From Candidatus Aminicenantes bacterium (GTDB lineage Bacteria; Acidobacteriota; Aminicenantia; Aminicenantales; JAFGBC01), in NCBI GenBank assembly GCA_963702005.1, contig OY969696.1:1248001-1312000 (forward strand): DNA of 64,000 bases, given 5' to 3'. The notes beneath the pieces are model-generated. The model was given only the letters and a program-made list of their open reading frames with translations. It was not told the origin of the DNA and made no database searches. This document shows, piece after piece, positions 57,380 to 64,000 of this stretch. The first letter of the stretch is position 1. Each line of letters starts with the position of its first letter. The position numbers and the translations under genes are program-made.

Positions 57380-57927
57380 GGACGGCCATGAAATTCATCC
57401 TTTTTATCGCCTTGACCGGACTCGGGGCGGGCGTCCTTCAGGCCGCCGCTGAGAAATATCCGCCCTTGGCGACCGTCCCCCACGTCGACCTGGCCCGCTA
57501 CATGGGCACGTGGTACGAGATCGCCGCCTTTCCCCAGCGCTTCGAGAAGGGTTGCCATTGCGCGACGGCCGAATATCAGATGATGGACAAGGGGTACGTC
57601 CGCGTCATCAACAGCTGCCGGAAGGGCAGCCCCCAGGGGAAAATCAAAGTCGCCAGGGGGAAGGCCTTCATCGTAAAAGGGAGCGGGAACGCCAAGCTCA
57701 GGGTCCAGTTTTTTTGGCCCTTCCGCGGCGACTATTGGATCATCGACCTGGCCGAGGATTATAGTTACGCCGTGGTCGGGGAGCGCAGCCGAGAGTACCT
57801 CTGGATCCTTGCCAGAACGCCGCGCATGGATGAAGCCCTCTACCAGGAGATTTTAGCCCGCGCTAAGAATAAAGGATTCGATATCAGCCGGCTCCTGCGG
57901 ACCGATCAGACCTGCCAGACTCCGTAA
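57376..57927 (+). CDS. blc: Lipocalin (Blc-like)
   Basis: VDLARYMGTWYEIA, FFWPF.GDYWI and YLWILARTP. Confidence 0.88.
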   Translation: MRTAMKFILFIALTGLGAGVLQAAAEKYPPLATVPHVDLARYMGTWYEIAAFPQRFEKGCHCATAEYQMMDKGYVRVINSCRKGSPQGKIKVARGKAFIVKGSGNAKLRVQFFWPFRGDYWIIDLAEDYSYAVVGERSREYLWILARTPRMDEALYQEILARAKNKGFDISRLLRTDQTCQTP

Positions 57928-57980
57928 CAGGAGCACGGACTCCCGGGCCTGCTCGGGGCCGGGGCGCACCATCGCCGCCT

Positions 57981-59519
57981 TTAGGACGCGGGGCGCTCCA
58001 CGGCTTTTTCCGCCGGTTGCAGCCCGGGAGAGAGGTCGGCGCCGCGAACGTAGTGTTCCATAAATCCGTAGGCGAGGAAACTGGCCTGGATGAACTGGGG
58101 GAGAAGCTCGCGCCGGCGAAAAAGCGTTTTAAGCAAGAGTTTCCCAAAGCGGATCCGGCCCTCGTCTTTGACGCCGAGAGTCCATAGGATCTTCAGGACG
58201 GCGCGGACCCTTTTGAGGTCGGCCCGGCGCGCGGATCGGGGGGCGCTCCGGGCCGCGGATAGGAAGCGGCCGGCCCTTTCGTAAAAGGGGCCCGGGGCGT
58301 AGACGGCATCCATGACTTCGACGCAATCCCGGAGGACCTCTCGGCTGCCCCTCTCATATTTGATGTTTTGGGGGATCGCCACTTTGCGGCCGTAGTTGTG
58401 GGGCAGGACCCGTCCTTCCCGTTCCAGCCGTTTGTAGAGGGCGGTTCCTTCGAAGGCGTGGAGGGGGTAGAGCCGGAGAAGCAGGAGTCCGCTGTCCCGG
58501 ACGAAGTCGACGATCTCCGAGGCGACCGCGGCCGATTCGCCGTCGAGTCCGACGATGAACGACCCCTCGACCGAAAACCCTCGGGCTTGGATCGTCCTGA
58601 TATCGGCCTTCATATCCCGCCCGGCGTTCATGGTCTTGCCGATGTTCCGGAGGCCTGCCGCCGCGGGCGATTCGATCCCGATGACGACATAGTTGAATCC
58701 GGCTTCGGCCATGAGGTCGAGGAGGTCTCGGTCGTCGGCCAAGCTCAGCGGTATTTGGGTCCGGAACAGGAACGGGTATTTTCGCCGGGTCTGAAAATCG
58801 ATGAAGGCGGGCAGGATCTCGCGCTTGACGAGGTCCCGGTCGGCGATGAAATTATCGTCGACGACGAAGACTTCGTTCCGCCAGCCGATATCATGGAGGG
58901 CTTCGAGCTCGGCCGCGACTTGAGCCCCGGTCTTCGTCCGGAGGGCGCGGCCCAGAAAGGAGGTCACGGAGCAGAATTCGCAGAAATGGGGACAGCCCCG
59001 CGTCACCTGGAGCCCAAGGATGGCATAGTCGGCGGGATTGATCAACCGCCAGTCCGGGATCGGCGAACGGCGGATGTCGGCCCAGGTTCCGTCGCTTTCG
59101 TAGACGCGGCGGGGCCGGCCGCGCTCCAAGTCCTCGAGGAAGGGCGGCAAGTTGAGCTCGGCTTCGCGGAGGATGATGTGGTCGGCTTCGGGAAAATCCT
59201 GGGGAACGAACGTGAACAGGGGCCCGCCGACGACCGTCCGGACCCCGAGCGACCTGCAGCGGCGGACAAGGTCCCGGGCCGAATCCCGCTGGCCGAGGTT
59301 GGCGCCGATGAGGACGATGTCGGCCGCCCCGAGATCCTCGTCTGCGATGTCCCCGACGTTCATGTCGATAAAGCGCTTCTCCCAGTCGGCGGGGAGGAGG
59401 GAGGCCACCGTCAGCAGGCCGAGCGGGGCCATGACCGCCCGGCGGCCCATCAAGCCGAGGACGATATCCCAGCTGATTAGATTGCTTCCCTTCCGGGGGT
59501 AGACGAGCAAAGCCTTCAT
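57981..59519 (-). CDS. B12-binding domain radical SAM protein (DUF4070-type)
   Basis: PLGLLTVA..LP, GGP, TRGCPHFCEFC (CxxxCxxC), VDDNF and GIES. Confidence 0.9.
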   Translation of the reverse strand: MKALLVYPRKGSNLISWDIVLGLMGRRAVMAPLGLLTVASLLPADWEKRFIDMNVGDIADEDLGAADIVLIGANLGQRDSARDLVRRCRSLGVRTVVGGPLFTFVPQDFPEADHIILREAELNLPPFLEDLERGRPRRVYESDGTWADIRRSPIPDWRLINPADYAILGLQVTRGCPHFCEFCSVTSFLGRALRTKTGAQVAAELEALHDIGWRNEVFVVDDNFIADRDLVKREILPAFIDFQTRRKYPFLFRTQIPLSLADDRDLLDLMAEAGFNYVVIGIESPAAAGLRNIGKTMNAGRDMKADIRTIQARGFSVEGSFIVGLDGESAAVASEIVDFVRDSGLLLLRLYPLHAFEGTALYKRLEREGRVLPHNYGRKVAIPQNIKYERGSREVLRDCVEVMDAVYAPGPFYERAGRFLSAARSAPRSARRADLKRVRAVLKILWTLGVKDEGRIRFGKLLLKTLFRRRELLPQFIQASFLAYGFMEHYVRGADLSPGLQPAEKAVERPAS

Positions 59520-59646
59520 GGCGGACCCGCCTTTCTATATAGCCGAGGGCCGGCGCCAAGTCAAACCGAAATCCGCTTTATTCTTCCGGCGCGAACATTT
59601 ACAATAAAGACTCTCGAATCCCGCAAAATCGGAGGAGGAGGACGCG

Positions 59647-60537
59647 ATGCCGGCAACCATCATCAGCGGAAAGGAGGTATCGGCCCGTATCCGGGAGGAG
59701 CTCAAGGGGCGCGTCCAGCGTCTGAAGGAGAAGGGAATCACGCCCGGCCTGGGCGTCGTCCTGGTCGGCGAAGACCCGGCCTCGGTCTCCTACGTAACGG
59801 CCAAGGCCAAGGGCTCGGAGGAGATCGGGATGTTCGAGCAGACCATCGCCCTTCCGGCCTCGGCCTCGGAGGACGAGGTCTTAGCCCTGGTCGACAAGCT
59901 CAACCGCGATCCCGGCTTCAACGGCGTCCTGGTCCAGCTTCCCCTGCCCAAATGGGTCAGCTCGGACAAAGTCATCAGCTTCATCTCGCCGGCCAAGGAT
60001 GTGGATGGCTTCCACCCCATCAACGTGGGGAAGCTGCTCCGGGGCGAACCCTGCCCCTTGCCCTGCACGCCCTACGGCGTCGTCGAAATCCTCAACCGGA
60101 GCGGCCACAGTCCCGAGGGGAAGCACGTCGTTATCTGCGGCCGGAGCAACATCGTCGGCAAACCCCTGGCCGCCCTCCTGATCCAGAAGAAGAAGGGCGC
60201 CAACGCCACGGTGACGATCTGTCACACCGGGACCAAGGACCTGGCCTCGTTCACGCGCCAGGCCGATATCCTGGTCGCCGCCATGGGGGCGCCCCGCGTT
60301 ATCACGGCCGATATGATCCGGGAGGGCTGCGTCGTCATCGACGTCGGCGTCAACCGCGTCCCCGATCCCACGGCGGCCAAGGGCTTCCGGCTGGTCGGAG
60401 ACTGCGATTTCGAGCCCATGAAGGAGAAGGCGGCCGCCATCACGCCCGTCCCGGGCGGGGTCGGGCCGATGACCGTGACCATGCTCCTCAAGAACACGGT
60501 CGAAGCCGCCGAGCGCCTGGCCGGGATCGCTGTATAG
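59647..60537 (+). CDS. folD: Methylenetetrahydrofolate dehydrogenase/cyclohydrolase
   Basis: KDVDGFHP, PCTP.G, GRSNIVGKP, DVGVNR and TPVPGGVGPMT. Confidence 0.96.
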   Translation: MPATIISGKEVSARIREELKGRVQRLKEKGITPGLGVVLVGEDPASVSYVTAKAKGSEEIGMFEQTIALPASASEDEVLALVDKLNRDPGFNGVLVQLPLPKWVSSDKVISFISPAKDVDGFHPINVGKLLRGEPCPLPCTPYGVVEILNRSGHSPEGKHVVICGRSNIVGKPLAALLIQKKKGANATVTICHTGTKDLASFTRQADILVAAMGAPRVITADMIREGCVVIDVGVNRVPDPTAAKGFRLVGDCDFEPMKEKAAAITPVPGGVGPMTVTMLLKNTVEAAERLAGIAV

Positions 60538-60554
60538 GGCCGAGAGGGCGCCGC

Positions 60555-61085
60555 GTGAGAACCGGACATCGGATCGCGTTTCTCGTCCTCGGTCTGGCCG
60601 TCGCGGCGATCGCCTGCGGAGGTAAAAAGGACGGCGCCGCCGCCGCGACCGCCGCGCCGGGATCCCTCCCGGTCCAGGCCGCGTCTTCGCCCAAGGCCAT
60701 AGCCGAGGCCATCGGCGACATTTACGTCGAGGCCATGACCCAGGTCGTCGACATCCTCAAGGACCGGCCCGATCCGGCCGCCGTCAAGCCCAAGATCCAG
60801 GACCTCAAGGAGCGGACCGTTCAGCGGCTCGTCGAGTTCGGGAAGAAGAAGGAGAGCTTGAGCGCCGCCGATAAAGCCGCCGTCGACCTGGCCGTCCGGA
60901 TGAGGGTCAACGCGCTTTCCGGCGGCCTGTTCTCGGCCTTCCAGCAGGCCGTCAATTATTATCTGTCCAGGGACAGCGAGCTCTTCAGCCAGGTCGGGAG
61001 CTTCAACATCATCACCCAATACGCGGATTTCGACCTTCTCAAGAAGCAGGCCCCCGAGGAGGCCAAGCGGCTGGGGATCGAATGA
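60555..61085 (+). CDS. Hypothetical lipoprotein
   Basis: GTG start after GAGGG, lipobox AIAC-GG and a helical soluble domain. Confidence 0.65.
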   Translation: MRTGHRIAFLVLGLAVAAIACGGKKDGAAAATAAPGSLPVQAASSPKAIAEAIGDIYVEAMTQVVDILKDRPDPAAVKPKIQDLKERTVQRLVEFGKKKESLSAADKAAVDLAVRMRVNALSGGLFSAFQQAVNYYLSRDSELFSQVGSFNIITQYADFDLLKKQAPEEAKRLGIE

Positions 61086-61092
61086 TGGCGGC

Positions 61093-61121
61093 TTGATTTC
61101 GGGGGGTAAAACCGCTATAAT
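61093..61121 (+). promoter_or_regulatory. sigma70-like promoter
   Basis: TTGATT-17 nt-TATAAT, about 100 nt upstream of the permease. Confidence 0.6.
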
Positions 61122-61222
61122 TTTCCGCTGATATAGAGGAAAAGCAGTCGAAAATCCCTGAATCATCCCTTCCCAAATTCAAGATGATGATGATCGGCCG
61201 GAACAATCTCTCCAGCTAAGGC

Positions 61223-63196
61223 TTGACCGTGCAGGACGAAAATTCGCTCGCAAGCAAGATCAGGCACACGCTGATCGGGCGGCCGCGCGACATCAAAGAT
61301 CCCTCTCTTTTTCACAAGCTGGCCTTGATCCCGATCCTGGCTTGGATCGGGCTGGGCGCGGATGGGCTGTCCTCGGCGTCCTACGGTCCAGAAGAGGCCT
61401 TCAGGGCTTTGGGGCGGCATACCTACCTGGCCGTGTTCCTGGCCCTGGCCACGGGCCTGACCGTGTTCATCATTTCCTACGCTTACTCGCGGATCATCGA
61501 GTATTTCCCGTCGGGCGGCGGCGGATACATCGTGGCGACCCATACCTTGGGGGAGAAAGCCGGCGTCGTCTCCGGTTGCGCGCTGCTCGTCGACTACATG
61601 CTGACGATCACGGTTTCGATCGTTTCATGCGGCGACGCCGTATTCAGCTTTTTCCCCGTTTCCTGGCAGCCCCATAAAGTCGAATTCGAAGTCTTCGCCA
61701 TCTTGTTTCTGGTCGTCCTCAACCTGCGCGGGATCAAGGAATCGGTCACGGTCCTTGCGCCGATCTTCCTGACCTTCTTTGTCACCCACGTCCTGATGAT
61801 CGGCTACGGGATCATCATACATATCCCCGACATCGGGCCCGTCTCCCATGTCATCCGGACGGATTTCAAGCTGGGGCTGACGACGCTGGGGGCGAGCGGC
61901 CTGCTGCTTCTTTTCCTCAAGGCCTTCTCCCTCGGCGGAGGAACCTACACCGGGATCGAGGCCGTTTCGAACGGGCTCCAGATCATGCGCGAGCCCCGAG
62001 TCCAAACCGGGAAGCGGACCATGGTCTACCTTTCGACCTCGCTGGCCTTCACGGCGGGCGGCATCCTCGTCTGCTACCTTCTCCTCGGCGTCAGCCCGGT
62101 GGCGGGAAGAACGCTCAACGCCGTCCTGGCCGGCAAGGTCTTTGCCGGCTGGGGGATGGGGTCTTTCTTAGCACTCGTGACCATCTTTTCCGAGGGCGCC
62201 CTGCTCCTCGTCGGAGCCCAGGCCGGGTTTGTGGACGGGCCGAGGGTTATGGCCAACATGGCTGTCGACTACTGGTTTCCGCACCGTTTTGCCTCCCTCT
62301 CGGACCGGTTCACGATCCAGAACGGGGTTCTCCTCATGGCCGGAGCGGCCATCGGTCTTCTTCTTTATTCCAAGGGGCGCATCTCGACCTTGGTTGTCAT
62401 GTACTCGATCAACGTTTTCCTGACCTTCTCCCTGTCCGAACTGGGGATGTCGCGATTTTTCATCAAGCACCGCAAAACCGATCCCAACTGGAAGAAACAC
62501 CTTCCCGTCCACTTGACGGGCCTGACCTTGTGCTTGACGATCCTGATCATCACCTCGATCGAGAAGTTCGCCGTCGGCGGCTGGCTGACCCTGGTCATCA
62601 CCGGCGTCGTTATCGGCCTCTGCTACCTGACTCGGGGTCATTATGGCAAGGTCCGGGCCGGCGTCCGGGAGCTCGACGACCTGATGACGAGCCTCCCCGT
62701 CAAAAGTAAGGGCACCCGGAAGCGTCCGGACATAAAGGAGATGACGGCCATCCAGCTCGTCAACGGCTTCAACGGATTCGGTGTCCACACCATGCTCTCG
62801 ATCATCCGCTCCTTCCGGGGCCTTTATAAGAACTTCATCTTCGTCTCGGTCGCCGAGGTCGACGTCGGCTCCTTTAAGGGCTCGGACGCCGTCGACCATC
62901 TCAAGGAGTCCACGGACGACGCCCTCCGGAAGTACTGCGAGCTGGCCCGCAAGCTGGGATTTCCCGCCGATTACAGGTTCGATCTGGGAACGGATATAGT
63001 CCAGACGGCCAGCAACCTCTGCGAATCCGTGGCCAAGGAATTCCCCAACTCGACCGTCTTCGCGGGACAGTCCGTGTTCCGCCAGTCATCCATGCTCCAC
63101 CGCCTCATGCACAACGAGACGGCCTTCGCCATCCAGCAGGAGCTGCGCTGGAAGGGGATCACGACCGTCATCCTGCCCATCCGCATTAACATCTGA
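61223..63196 (+). CDS. APC family permease, KimA/YdaO-like (probable K+ transporter)
   Basis: ADGLSSASYGPEE, SGGGGY.VA, NLRGIKES, TGIEAVSNG and a cytoplasmic C-terminal domain. The start may be GTG 61229. Confidence 0.85.
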   Translation: MTVQDENSLASKIRHTLIGRPRDIKDPSLFHKLALIPILAWIGLGADGLSSASYGPEEAFRALGRHTYLAVFLALATGLTVFIISYAYSRIIEYFPSGGGGYIVATHTLGEKAGVVSGCALLVDYMLTITVSIVSCGDAVFSFFPVSWQPHKVEFEVFAILFLVVLNLRGIKESVTVLAPIFLTFFVTHVLMIGYGIIIHIPDIGPVSHVIRTDFKLGLTTLGASGLLLLFLKAFSLGGGTYTGIEAVSNGLQIMREPRVQTGKRTMVYLSTSLAFTAGGILVCYLLLGVSPVAGRTLNAVLAGKVFAGWGMGSFLALVTIFSEGALLLVGAQAGFVDGPRVMANMAVDYWFPHRFASLSDRFTIQNGVLLMAGAAIGLLLYSKGRISTLVVMYSINVFLTFSLSELGMSRFFIKHRKTDPNWKKHLPVHLTGLTLCLTILIITSIEKFAVGGWLTLVITGVVIGLCYLTRGHYGKVRAGVRELDDLMTSLPVKSKGTRKRPDIKEMTAIQLVNGFNGFGVHTMLSIIRSFRGLYKNFIFVSVAEVDVGSFKGSDAVDHLKESTDDALRKYCELARKLGFPADYRFDLGTDIVQTASNLCESVAKEFPNSTVFAGQSVFRQSSMLHRLMHNETAFAIQQELRWKGITTVILPIRINI

Positions 63197-63295
63197 TAAT
63201 CTGAGACTCCCGTCTTCCTCTCTACGAGAACTGCTGTCGAAATGTACGGCGGGATGCTAAAATACATCAGATATCTTGAAAGGAGTCGGAGAAAG

Positions 63296-64000
63296 ATGAG
63301 ATCCCATCACGTTGCCGCCATAGCGCTGCTCGGACTGGCCTCTTCTATTATTATTTTAATCCCGGCCTGCAAGACGGCCGCGGTCGCCAAGCCGGACTAT
63401 CCGGTGACGCCGGTCTCCATGACCGACGTCAAGTTCGCGGATCGTTTCTGGGCGCCGCGCCAGGAGACGGATATCGCCGTGACGATCGCCCACGAGATGA
63501 AGCAGACCGAGATTACAGGCCGCATTAAAAACTTCGAGCTGGCCGCGGCCGCCCTCCATGGGGCGACCGGAGGCAAATTCGCGACCCACTACGCCTTCGA
63601 CGACTCCGACGTCTATAAGCTCATCGAGGCCGCGGCCTATACGCTCATGCTCCGTCCCGATGCCGGCCTCGAAGCCAAGCTCGACGCCTGGATCGCCAAG
63701 ATCGCCGCGGCCCAGGAGCCGGACGGCTATCTCTACACGGCGCGCACGATCGATCCCAAGCACCCGCTGAGCATGTCCGGCCCCGAACGCTGGGTTCAAC
63801 TCCAGGACAGCCATGAACTCTACAACCTCGGTCACCTCTACGAAGGAGCCGTCGCCTACTATCAAGCGACCGGGAAACGGGCGCTCCTTGACGTCGCGCT
63901 CAAGAGCGCGGACTTCATCGTCAAGACATTCGGCCCGGGTTCCAAGCAACTCAAGCTCGTCCCCGGCCATGAGGAGGTCGAGATCGGCCTCGTCAAGCTC
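63296..64000 (+). CDS. GH127 (beta-L-arabinofuranosidase-like) glycoside hydrolase, 3'-truncated
   Basis: Own translation (not in the ORF track): lipoprotein-like signal, DYPVTPV..DV...DRFWAPR, FDDSDVYK.IE, QEPDGYLY, SHELYNLGHLYE and PGHEEVEIGLVKL. Confidence 0.88.
   Translation, partial: MRSHHVAAIALLGLASSIIILIPACKTAAVAKPDYPVTPVSMTDVKFADRFWAPRQETDIAVTIAHEMKQTEITGRIKNFELAAAALHGATGGKFATHYAFDDSDVYKLIEAAAYTLMLRPDAGLEAKLDAWIAKIAAAQEPDGYLYTARTIDPKHPLSMSGPERWVQLQDSHELYNLGHLYEGAVAYYQATGKRALLDVALKSADFIVKTFGPGSKQLKLVPGHEEVEIGLVKL

Noticed and set aside
61128-61222. c-di-AMP (ydaO) riboswitch upstream of the KimA-like permease
   Set aside because: Only fragments (CTGAATC, CAGCTAA) resemble it; the conserved paired core is not visible.

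Overview
A GC-rich bacterial chromosomal window with about 47 genes and no rRNA, tRNA or CRISPR. The gene content (Oar-like TonB receptor, beta-propeller sensor kinases, peptidases, tungsten-type AOR, sigma54 promoters) suggests an anaerobic diderm peptide/glycan fermenter. Acidobacteriota/Aminicenantia is an inference only. Main blocks: AOR-peptide transporter-peptidase operon; two GT-C-like membrane proteins and a UDP-xylose synthase/GT2/GT-C cluster; an IS200-type tnpA; a sigma54-driven pseudopilin; two convergent beta-propeller histidine kinases enclosing an Rcp1-like regulator and a diguanylate cyclase; a GH9-RraA-SSS cluster; an archaeal-type homocysteine operon (DUF39-ferredoxin fusion, UPF0280, asd, aspartate kinase); a TonB receptor, menA-like gene, folD, a KimA-like permease and a partial GH127. 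Most notable: (1) an unannotated 32-aa leader ORF ending Met-Ile-Met that overlaps an anti-Shine-Dalgarno sequence in a structured leader of the homocysteine operon, a candidate methionine-sensing translational attenuator; (2) a family of modular intergenic REP/BIME-like GNRA hairpins with compensatory changes, mixed with IS200/IS605 end-like hairpins and a PATE-like element; (3) two +1 frameshifts in the same GCCAGAAC context; (4) two internally deleted gene remnants.
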